32,000 nt of DNA from an uncultured Erysipelotrichaceae bacterium (GTDB lineage Bacteria > Bacillota_I > Bacilli_A > Erysipelotrichales > Erysipelotrichaceae). The stretch is from NCBI GenBank assembly GCA_942493105.1, contig OW818668.1, forward strand, positions 330,001-362,000. Reading direction: 5' to 3'. The notes under the pieces are model-generated. The model did no database searches. It saw only the letters and a list, made by a program, of their open reading frames with translations, and had not been told where the DNA came from. The translations under genes were made by a program, and so were the position numbers. Positions 18,292-25,536 of this stretch are shown piece after piece (the first letter of the stretch is position 1; each line of letters begins with the position of its first letter).

Positions 18292-18936
18292 CTATAGTGA
18301 TTCAATACTTGATAAGAAGGTTTCGATTGGCTGATTGCCTACCAATTCAATCGTATCATTGATGATGATCTTTGGTACTCCAGAAACATTGTATTTCTCT
18401 GATAGTTCATAGAAAGTTTGAGCTTCAATCATTTCTCCCTCTACATTTTTATTCAGCATGGCCAACAAGTGAGCTTTTTGAACAGCTCCAGGGCAATGCG
18501 GGCAGCTCATGGTCACAAAGACCTTGATGTTGACAGGTTTATCGATCTTCGCAATTCTCGCTGCCAAATCAGCAGGAACGTCACTGATCTCAGAAGACAT
18601 TTCTACCAAAGCAGACAAGAATGAATTGAATTCATGGCCTGCTGGGATCCCATTGAACTTCACCCCTTTATACTGATCATCTTTATCCAATATGATAAAG
18701 CTAGGTGCCATTTCAATGTTGTACTTTTTGGCTTCTTCAACATCTTTGTCTAAATCAAAGTTTAAAACATTTATTTTTTCATTTAGTGCTGCAACTTCAC
18801 TGATAATTTGCTTGGTTGGTTCACAAGATTCACAATCAGTAGCCTTAGTGAATAAAACGATCGTGATCTTGTCTTTCATCGGTTGTAGTAATTCTGTGAC
18901 TTGTTTCTGTAAGTCTTTATTGAGTAGTTTTTCCAT
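18292..18936 (-). CDS. Glutaredoxin-like protein-disulfide oxidoreductase (PDO / AhpF N-terminal-like, two thioredoxin folds)
   Basis: 214 aa with two CxxC motifs (CESC near residue 35, CPHC near residue 145). SGVPKIIIN cis-Pro motif. AAGGAGA RBS. Confidence 0.8.
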   Translation of the reverse strand: MEKLLNKDLQKQVTELLQPMKDKITIVLFTKATDCESCEPTKQIISEVAALNEKINVLNFDLDKDVEEAKKYNIEMAPSFIILDKDDQYKGVKFNGIPAGHEFNSFLSALVEMSSEISDVPADLAARIAKIDKPVNIKVFVTMSCPHCPGAVQKAHLLAMLNKNVEGEMIEAQTFYELSEKYNVSGVPKIIINDTIELVGNQPIETFLSSIESL

Positions 18937-18949
18937 TGTTTGTTTCTCC

Positions 18950-19925
18950 TTAATGGGTATTTAAATATTCATTGGCAGCCAATGCTGCTTTTGCGCCTTC
19001 TGCAGCCGCAATGATGATTTGTTTGTATGGGCTTTGGATCATATCACCTGAAGCATATAATCCCGCACAACTGGTCTTCCCTAGTTCATCCGTGATCACT
19101 TCATTGCGTTCATTGAGATCAACTAAATGTTTGATTAACGATGTGTTTGGAATATTTCCGATTTCGATAAATAAGCCATCACCATCTATTCTTCTTTCGC
19201 TTTGAGTTACTTTATCAAGAACTCTTACACCGCTTAATGCATCTTCTCCAACGATCTCTAGGATCTGAGTTTCAAGATGAACCTTTATTCTTGGATTAGA
19301 CAACATCCTATCGATCAAGACTTGATCAGCTCGCAGCTGACTTCGATGAATCAAAGTAACGCTTTGTGCGACCATAGCCACATCGATGGGCTGCTTCAAC
19401 TGCTGAATTACCACCACCGGCAATCAAGACATCTTTTCCTTTATACAAAGGGGCATCACATATGGCACAATAGGCCACACCTCGATTTGAGTATTCGATT
19501 TCACCTTTGACATTGAGTTTCCTAGGAGTTGAACCCAAGGTTGCAATCAATGTTTTGGATCGATAACTTGTTTTATCGCTCAACATGACTTCAAAGACAT
19601 CTTCTTTCTTATCGATCGATACAACTTCAGCATCCTCTAAGATTGGGACATTTAATTCACTCACGTGACTTCTAAACTTTTCAGCCATCTCTTCACCACT
19701 GATTGAACTTAAACCAAGATAATTTTCAACCAATGAGGTATTCAATAATTGACCGCCTGTTTTTTTTGCGATCATCGCGACCTTACGACCTTTACGAGCT
19801 CCATATAATGCAGCGTTGTATCCTGAAGGTCCACCACCAATGATTAAGATCTCATAGAGTTCACCAGGCTTAGGTTTTATGTTTTGTTTGACTTCTTTAA
19901 GATTAAATCCAAAGTTTAAATCCAT
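18950..19925 (-). pseudogene. trxB: Low-MW thioredoxin-reductase-like flavoprotein, interrupted by a 1-nt frameshift at about 19388-19390
   Basis: Track ORFs 19326..19961 and 18950..19423 are consecutive parts of one gene: IIGGGPSG (FAD), CAICDAPLY (redox CxxC), AGGGNSAVEAA (NAD(P)H), then the frame changes at GCAGCCCATCGAT, continuing IDVAMVAQSVTLIHRS...GLYASGDM. Deleting one C of the CCC run restores the frame. The start at ATG 19925 is preceded by CAGGAGG. Confidence 0.8.
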
Positions 19926-19946
19926 AAGTTCCTCCTGACAACACAC

Positions 19947-19975
19947 ATTATACGGGGACACTTCTTGAATTTCAA
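19947..19975 (-). promoter_or_regulatory. Strong sigma-A-type promoter of the redox operon
   Basis: The minus strand reads TTGAAA (19975-19970), 17-nt spacer, TATAAT (19952-19947). The palindrome CTTGAAtTTCAAG (19964-19976) overlaps the -35. Confidence 0.7.
19954..19970 (-). repeat. 17-nt repeat ATTCAAGAAGTGTCCCC (inverted copy A), filling the promoter spacer
   Basis: 16/17 identical to the plus-strand sequence at 20697-20713, in inverted orientation. Confidence 0.7.
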
Positions 19976-19987
19976 GTGTAATACTAC

Positions 19988-20656
19988 TTATTTGTTTAAA
20001 ATTTTAGATACAGATGATTCACTGATCGAGAATAATTCACCTAATGTCTTTAGTGAACAATTCGTCGTTCTTCTAAACTCCAGGATGCATTGATTTCTCA
20101 TATCTTTGTTTTTCTTCATCATTGTAGGATCACAGCCCTTCTGTTTCATCCAAGATTCAAGTTTTTGGCGTGCTTCATCCAGGTTTATCGAAGATTCTAT
20201 TGAACCAATTTTAATGTTGTGGGGATCTAGATTAATGGTGAAATGATCTGGACGTTTGGCTTCTAGACAGTGAAAACAATAACTGTTGAATTGGCTGTTG
20301 GTTTGTTTTTGTATGCTTTTGATTTCTTGCTGAAGCTGTGTCTCATCGTGTAAAGGCAAACTACTAAACCGTCCAGAAAATAGACGCCCTTCATAACTTC
20401 GATAAGCACTATAAGCTGTAAGCAGAGAAGACATAATGGCTGATATGCTTCTTCCCTTTGTATCAATGATCATTTTAAAAAGATGGTCATCTAAAAGACA
20501 ATAGGCATAACACTCATATCCAAACTTACTTTGGACTTGTTTCATGATCGTAAGCATAGCATTGCGATCATGATCATCTCTATATAAGATTTCTTTTGAT
20601 TTCTGTGTGACAGACAATAAGGTACTGATGTCTGAGTTTCTTGCTTTTCTGGCCAT
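19988..20656 (-). CDS. RayT/IS200-like (Y1 HUH transposase fold) protein with degenerate catalytic motifs and a C-terminal DnaA-domain-IV-like HTH; putative regulator
   Basis: ECYAYCLLDDHLFKMII (the HUH position reads H-L-F). YEGRLFSGRF corresponds to the family's G-H-L-W/F-Q-G-R-F. C-terminus RNQCILEFRRTTNCSLKTLGELFSISESSVSKIL is an HTH. Start set at ATG 20656 after AGAGGA; the track start 20689 lacks an RBS. Confidence 0.6.
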   Translation of the reverse strand: MARKARNSDISTLLSVTQKSKEILYRDDHDRNAMLTIMKQVQSKFGYECYAYCLLDDHLFKMIIDTKGRSISAIMSSLLTAYSAYRSYEGRLFSGRFSSLPLHDETQLQQEIKSIQKQTNSQFNSYCFHCLEAKRPDHFTINLDPHNIKIGSIESSINLDEARQKLESWMKQKGCDPTMMKKNKDMRNQCILEFRRTTNCSLKTLGELFSISESSVSKILNK

Positions 20657-20696
20657 GTTGTTCCTCTTGTTTATCCTATCATATGTCATGGTCCAT

Positions 20697-20713
20697 ATTC
20701 AAGAAATGTCCCC
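20697..20713 (+). repeat. 17-nt repeat ATTCAAGAAATGTCCCC (inverted copy B)
   Basis: 16/17 match to the reverse complement of 19954-19970. Lies in the divergent intergenic region between the RayT-like gene and the ECF sigma gene. Confidence 0.7.
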
Positions 20714-20827
20714 AGGAAATTTAGAATCATTTAGTCACAATCATGTTAAGTCTGCTCTATAGTATAAAGAAAGAATTATTCTATTTGTTTAACATCTAAA
20801 AAAGGAACATTAAGTTATACTAAAACC

Positions 20828-21340
20828 ATGAGATACACCGAAGAAGATTTCGAAACCATCTATCGCGCTACTGTAAATCAAGTAAGTAAGCATGTGTTCT
20901 TTAAAGTCCAAAATCTGCAGGATGCTCAAGATCTCGTTCAAGACCTTTATTTTGACTTATACAAGCATATGCAAAGCTGCACTGAGAAAATCGATCATCC
21001 TCAGTCCTACATCATGTCTATGGCTAATCACGCCTTAACAAGCTACTATCAAGCCAAATTACGTCGACCCGTTACTTTAATCGATGATGAGATCGATCTT
21101 TTTGAATCTCTGCCAGACTCTTATGAACTCGAAACAGAAGTTTTAGACAAGATCACTGCTGAAGAACTTTGGGCTGAAATCAATAAACTTCCTGACTTAG
21201 ATCGAAATTTACTGGTTGCCCGATTTAGATTTGAAATGAACTATAGTGAAATAGCAGCCCAAGTTCATCTTCCTGAAACCACAATTAAGAGTAAAGTTTA
21301 TAAAGCTTTGGAAGATCTAAAATATAAGTTTATAAAATAG
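20828..21340 (+). CDS. ECF-type RNA polymerase sigma-70 family factor
   Basis: 170 aa. Region 2 (DAQDLVQDLYFDLYKH) and region 4 HTH (LLVARFRFEMNYSEIAAQVHLPETTIKSKVYKALEDLK). Confidence 0.85.
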   Translation: MRYTEEDFETIYRATVNQVSKHVFFKVQNLQDAQDLVQDLYFDLYKHMQSCTEKIDHPQSYIMSMANHALTSYYQAKLRRPVTLIDDEIDLFESLPDSYELETEVLDKITAEELWAEINKLPDLDRNLLVARFRFEMNYSEIAAQVHLPETTIKSKVYKALEDLKYKFIK

Positions 21341-21393
21341 TTTCGTCTATTCTAATCATGCCTGGCTCTATAGAAGTGAAAGGACTTAAACCC

Positions 21394-22437
21394 ATGAACC
21401 AATTCAAAAAGAATCTAAAAAAGAATGCATTTGATGAAGAAGCGATGTTGTCTAATATTCTTCAACGTGCTTCAGATAACGGGTTAAGATCCAAGTGGGC
21501 AAAAGCCCCTAAGGAATCAACCATGCTTAAAAGAGGTCTCATCTTCGTCAGTATGACCTTTGTATTAGTCTTCGCTCTGTTTATATTTAATCCTCTTGGA
21601 ATTTTCGGTAAAGATCAATCTAAGGTCGTCGCAGCCATTGTATCTGTCGACATCAACCCAAGTTTCGAATTATCTGTGAACAACGGAGGTTTGGTCATCA
21701 AGATTGAAGCCTTGAATACTGATGCTGAATCTTTGGATACCAATGATCTATTAGGAGAACCTGTTGAGGAAGTTGTCGATGCCATCGTAAGCTTAGCAAC
21801 AGCAGCTGGATTTATCGACATTGATGATCTTGAAGATGATTATGTTTTGGTTAGTACAGTGCTCAATAAAGGTACTGCAGCCAAAGTCGGTGACCTGATT
21901 CAACAACGCATCAGAGATCGCATTCATTTAAGCGATAAACTTCAAAATGTCAACCTTGTTCAAATCAAAGCGACTTTGCAGGAACAAATGCAAGCCAGAG
22001 ATAAAGATGTTCCAATTGGTCTCTATGTCATCAATGGAATGATCCAAACTCAAAATGGCGAATATATTAGTGTCAAAGATTTCTTCTCAAATCCTCAATA
22101 TCGCCTAACCATAAAAAACAGGGCTCAATTCAATGAAATCCCTGAAGCTAAAATTCGTGAAAGAATCAACGCTGCTCTATCTGAATTAGATGAAGCTGGT
22201 GTTGATACGACCCAACTCAGAACTCGTCTTGAGAATGCCAATAAAGAATCCATGATTCAAATTCAAAGTGAAGTCAGAAAACAAATCAATAAAAAAGATG
22301 GCCCAGGCAATGATGATGCACCAGGTCCTCAACAAGGAACTGATAATGGTAATGAAACTCAATCAAACTCAGACTCTGGTTCTCAATCCAGCGGAACAAA
22401 TACTGGATCTGGTGGTAACGGATCAGGCGGTCAATAA
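21394..22437 (+). CDS. Putative anti-sigma factor: single TM, RsgI-like extracytoplasmic domain, low-complexity tail
   Basis: Position immediately after the sigma gene. TM segment LIFVSMTFVLVFALFIF. The post-TM VSVDINPSFELSVNNGGLVIKIEALNTDA resembles the segment after the TM in RsgI-type anti-sigma factors. The tail is rich in G/S/N/Q. Start set at ATG 21394 after AAAGGA. Confidence 0.5.
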   Translation: MNQFKKNLKKNAFDEEAMLSNILQRASDNGLRSKWAKAPKESTMLKRGLIFVSMTFVLVFALFIFNPLGIFGKDQSKVVAAIVSVDINPSFELSVNNGGLVIKIEALNTDAESLDTNDLLGEPVEEVVDAIVSLATAAGFIDIDDLEDDYVLVSTVLNKGTAAKVGDLIQQRIRDRIHLSDKLQNVNLVQIKATLQEQMQARDKDVPIGLYVINGMIQTQNGEYISVKDFFSNPQYRLTIKNRAQFNEIPEAKIRERINAALSELDEAGVDTTQLRTRLENANKESMIQIQSEVRKQINKKDGPGNDDAPGPQQGTDNGNETQSNSDSGSQSSGTNTGSGGNGSGGQ

Positions 22438-22448
22438 TTTATGCATTC

Positions 22449-22474
22449 AAAAGAATCCTAACGGATTCTTTTTT
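22449..22474. terminator. Bidirectional terminator between the anti-sigma and zur genes
   Basis: AAAAGAATCC-taac-GGATTCTTTT, flanked by an A-run and a T-run. Confidence 0.75.
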
Positions 22475-22490
22475 GACTTCAATTTAACAA

Positions 22491-22880
22491 TCAGGTCTGA
22501 AGTGTCTTCTGACAATCCTGACAGATTCCTTCAATTTCTAAACGATGACGAATGATTTTATAGCCTTCTATACGATCACTTAAGTGAATGGGACATTCTT
22601 TAAGGATCTTGGTTTGATTGCAGATGACACATTTGATCAAATGATGGGCATGTTCAGATTTTAACACATAGTGCTTTTCTTTGGGTTGAAATTCATCGCT
22701 GATTTCAATCAATTCATTGACTAAAAATGAATCAATGACACGGTAAAGTGTTGCGATGGGAATATCGGGATGTAACTTATACAAATCAGAAACACTGACT
22801 GGGTGATCTAATGTTTTAAAGCTTTCCAGAATTGATATTCGAGCTGAAGTTTTCTTCAGCTGTTTTGGCCAATGATTCAT
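22491..22880 (-). CDS. zur: Fur-family metalloregulator, Zur-like
   Basis: 129 aa. Winged-helix N-terminus, HAHHLIKCVICNQ and CQDC metal-site motifs. Last gene of the znu operon, with an ATGA overlap to znuB. Confidence 0.8.
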   Translation of the reverse strand: MNHWPKQLKKTSARISILESFKTLDHPVSVSDLYKLHPDIPIATLYRVIDSFLVNELIEISDEFQPKEKHYVLKSEHAHHLIKCVICNQTKILKECPIHLSDRIEGYKIIRHRLEIEGICQDCQKTLQT

Positions 22881-23680
22881 ACTCTTCCCTTTCTTAGCGG
22901 TAATAATATCAGATAGGTCGTAACTGCCAACAAGACCACAGCACCACCTGGCTTAACACCTGCATAAAAAGATATAAATAAACCACCAATCATAAAGAAC
23001 AAAGAGAATAAGAAGGCAATGACCAGTGTCGATTTATAGCTTTTCGACAATTGCATGGCCGTTGCGACAGGTAAGATCATTAAAGACGAAAGAATCAAAC
23101 TACCTACTGTTTTAGCCGCAATACTTAATGTAATGCCCAACATGATCATAAAGATCACATTGACCAATTTCACATTGACCCCAGAATGCTGAGCCATGGT
23201 CTCATCAAAAGTCATCGCAAAGATTTCTTTATAGAATATAAAATAAACAATCACCACAATAACCACAACGCCTGTAATCATAATGACTTCAGTCTCACTG
23301 ATGGCCACTATAGACCCAAATAAGAACGCAGAGAAGCGATTGGTATCCCTAACAAATGAAGACAAGGTTCCTGCTAAACCAATCCCCAAAGACATTAAAA
23401 TCGCTATGGCCACATCAGCATAATTTGGTAATCTTCGTCTTAACACATCGATCAAGAACACCCCAATCAATGCAGCCAACATGGCACTGATCAAAGGATC
23501 AATGTTTAGAATAAGTCCAATGGCGACTCCAGCTAAAGTGGTATGAGCTATCGCATCTCCTACCATAGACATACGTTTCAACACAATGGTTTGTCCAATG
23601 AGCGGAGACATCACAGCGACCAAAGCACCAACCCACAAAGCTCGATTCATAAACTCATAGTTAAATATGCTCATGAACAC
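22877..23680 (-). CDS. znuB: Metal (Zn/Mn) ABC transporter permease
   Basis: 267 aa, about 8 TM segments. ABC-3 family pattern (MSMVGDAIAHTTLAGVA). Confidence 0.85.
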   Translation of the reverse strand: MFMSIFNYEFMNRALWVGALVAVMSPLIGQTIVLKRMSMVGDAIAHTTLAGVAIGLILNIDPLISAMLAALIGVFLIDVLRRRLPNYADVAIAILMSLGIGLAGTLSSFVRDTNRFSAFLFGSIVAISETEVIMITGVVVIVVIVYFIFYKEIFAMTFDETMAQHSGVNVKLVNVIFMIMLGITLSIAAKTVGSLILSSLMILPVATAMQLSKSYKSTLVIAFLFSLFFMIGGLFISFYAGVKPGGAVVLLAVTTYLILLPLRKGRV

Positions 23681-24392
23681 CTCCCATATGCGTATGACGA
23701 TGAGCCAGTTCTTCTTCGATTTGAGGCTCGTCTAAAAGTAAGATATCACTTTCACCTAAACAAAAGATACGATCAGAAACTGTCTTAGCCAAAGCCAAAT
23801 CATGCGTGATCATAATGATGGCCATGCCTTCTGCTTGGTAACGCTTTAAGATCGAGAATAGTTTTAATGTAAACTGAGCATCTAAGGCACTGCTGGGTTC
23901 ATCAAGAAACAAAAGCTTGGGCTTCATCAATAAAGCTTTTGCGATAAAAACACGTTGCCTTTGACCACCAGACAAAGCTGATAATTGGGTATGGATTTCT
24001 TGACCTAAACCCATTTCTTCAAGGATCACTTTAGCAGCCAACACATGTTTCTTTTGAGGACGTTTAAATAAACCCAGAAGCGGTGTAAAGGCTCCCATCA
24101 CGACTTCAAGTGCAGTTGCAGGGAATGCTTCATGCTGACTAAACTCGTGCTGACCGACGTATATGCGTTCATAGGGTTTTAAAGGCAAACCTGACTCAGG
24201 ATCAAATAAAGATACTTGTCCTTGTTGAGCTTTGATCAATTGAGCCAGAACTTTTAAAAGCGTTGTTTTTCCTGTCCCATTGTTACCAATGATCCCAATC
24301 CATTCATGCTTACTGACACTTAACGAGAAATCTTTAAAAAGAATTTTCCCTGGATAAGCATATGAAATTTTATCAGCAATCAGTATGTTCAT
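23661..24392 (-). CDS. znuC: Metal ABC transporter ATP-binding protein
   Basis: Walker A GNNGTGKTT, signature LSGGQRQR, Walker B LLFLDEP. His-rich C-terminus HRHTHMGGVHEH. Confidence 0.9.
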   Translation of the reverse strand: MNILIADKISYAYPGKILFKDFSLSVSKHEWIGIIGNNGTGKTTLLKVLAQLIKAQQGQVSLFDPESGLPLKPYERIYVGQHEFSQHEAFPATALEVVMGAFTPLLGLFKRPQKKHVLAAKVILEEMGLGQEIHTQLSALSGGQRQRVFIAKALLMKPKLLFLDEPSSALDAQFTLKLFSILKRYQAEGMAIIMITHDLALAKTVSDRIFCLGESDILLLDEPQIEEELAHRHTHMGGVHEHI

Positions 24393-24393
24393 G

Positions 24394-25278
24394 TTAGTTC
24401 AGCGCTTTCTTGAGCCATTGTAAATTCTGTCTCATGATCGATAAGAAATCATCTCCAGCTGCAATCTGCTGATCATTTAGAGATTCACCAGGTCTCAATA
24501 CACCTGTCAAAGCACCTGTTTCAGCAGCAATCGTATTCGCAACTTGCGTATTCGCATCATCTTCATAGAGTATATAAGGAATCTTGTATTGTTTAACGAT
24601 GTCTATGATTTGTGCCATGACAGATGCATCAGGTTCAGCATCTGGTTCTATTCCCATAATGGGAATCATAGTGAGACCATAATCTTGGGCTAAGTAACCA
24701 AAAGCCGCATGATTGACTACAAATTCATCCCTGACTCTGTTTTTTATAGTATCTTCAAATTCTTGATCAAGGGCTTCGAATTCAGCCTTAGCATCTAAAT
24801 AATTGGCTTCATATTCAGCTTTGTGATTTGGATCGATTCGAACAAGATAATTTCTGATCGTATTAAGTATCAACACATCATTTTTTAAACTAGTCCAAAT
24901 ATGCGGATCAATTTGATTTGTAGATTCATTAATGATGGTTGAGATACCTTGTGATACCACAAGGACTTCTTGGCCCTTATGATAGATCGTCTTTGAAACA
25001 TCATCAAACCAAGGTTCAAAATGATTCCCTAAAATAAAAATGTGATCAGCTTTACTTAAGGTCACCATATCTTTGGTTGATGGTTCGTAATCATGTGGTT
25101 CACCAGCAATAGGCAATAAATTTGTAATGCTCACATAGTCACCACCTATACGTTGAGTCAAATATTCCAATACATAAAAACTAACAACGATCTTTATTTT
25201 TTGATCATTTTCATTATTTTTTGGTGTACATGCACTTAAGGAACTGACAAGTAAGATTAGTATAAGGAGTTTTTTCAT
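24394..25278 (-). CDS. znuA: Metal ABC transporter substrate-binding lipoprotein (cluster A-I, ZnuA/AdcA-like)
   Basis: Start at ATG 25278 gives the lipoprotein signal MKKLLILILLVSSLSAC. GEPHDYEPS and DPHIW metal-ligand motifs. Confidence 0.85.
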   Translation of the reverse strand: MKKLLILILLVSSLSACTPKNNENDQKIKIVVSFYVLEYLTQRIGGDYVSITNLLPIAGEPHDYEPSTKDMVTLSKADHIFILGNHFEPWFDDVSKTIYHKGQEVLVVSQGISTIINESTNQIDPHIWTSLKNDVLILNTIRNYLVRIDPNHKAEYEANYLDAKAEFEALDQEFEDTIKNRVRDEFVVNHAAFGYLAQDYGLTMIPIMGIEPDAEPDASVMAQIIDIVKQYKIPYILYEDDANTQVANTIAAETGALTGVLRPGESLNDQQIAAGDDFLSIMRQNLQWLKKALN

Positions 25279-25288
25279 CGCAACCTCT

Positions 25289-25309
25289 AAATGATATTGA
25301 TTATCATTT
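25289..25309. promoter_or_regulatory. Zur/Fur-type box: 21-bp palindrome AAATGATA-N5-TATCATTT
   Basis: 8-bp perfect arms. Starts 2 nt downstream of the -10 and covers the expected transcription start of znuA. Confidence 0.7.
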
Positions 25310-25311
25310 GC

Positions 25312-25340
25312 ATTATAAACCGCGGAACAAAATACATCAA
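25312..25340 (-). promoter_or_regulatory. Sigma-A-type promoter of the znuACB-zur operon
   Basis: The minus strand reads TTGATG (25340-25335), 17-nt spacer, TATAAT (25317-25312). Confidence 0.6.
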
Positions 25341-25485
25341 GTGTAATACCTACTGTCAACTTAAAATGAATTGATAGGTTAAGATTGATTAATGACGTAT
25401 TTATGTCTTGTAACCTTCTGTTAAAATGGGTTCTAATCTTACACAGATATATCTACATATGTTGCCCACAAAGAGTACAATAAAC

Positions 25486-25514
25486 TTGCGTATATTTAGT
25501 ATATTTTGTAAAAT
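25486..25514 (+). promoter_or_regulatory. Candidate promoter of the GGDEF gene
   Basis: TTGCGT, 17-nt spacer, TAAAAT; followed by GGAGG at 25527-25531. Confidence 0.35.
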
Positions 25515-25536
25515 AGAAGGTGCTTTGGAGGTACTT

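Noticed and set aside
19380-19400. Programmed frameshift in the TrxR-like gene
   Set aside because: There is no X_XXY_YYZ heptamer or downstream structure at the frame change. A simple 1-nt insertion in CCC explains it.
18418-19510. Plus-strand ORFs 18418..18624, 18692..18964, 18972..19205 and 19277..19510
   Set aside because: All are antisense to the PDO and TrxR-like genes and have no independent support.
20263-20466. 67-aa alternative-frame ORF inside the RayT-like gene
   Set aside because: It is on the same strand but out of frame within the longer ORF, with no RBS and no recognisable family.
20803-20807. GGAAC as an ECF-type -35 element for autoregulation of the sigma gene
   Set aside because: It lies only 21 nt from the ATG, and no CGTC/TC-type -10 follows at 16-17 nt spacing. 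It more likely occurs by chance in an A-rich region.
21615-21821. 68-aa antisense ORF in the anti-sigma gene
   Set aside because: It is a shadow ORF opposite a supported CDS.
22268-22555. 95-aa plus-strand ORF spanning the end of the anti-sigma gene, the terminator and the end of zur
   Set aside because: It runs through a strong bidirectional terminator and overlaps two supported genes.
25279-25359. N-terminal extension of znuA (track start 25359)
   Set aside because: The extension would translate the promoter and Zur box. ATG 25278 gives a canonical lipoprotein signal peptide with an AGAGG RBS.
25426-25536. Upstream ATG start for the GGDEF protein
   Set aside because: ATG 25426 has no RBS, whereas GTG 25537 follows GGAGG by 5 nt and begins right at the first TM helix. 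The rejection is of moderate confidence; the longer form cannot be excluded.
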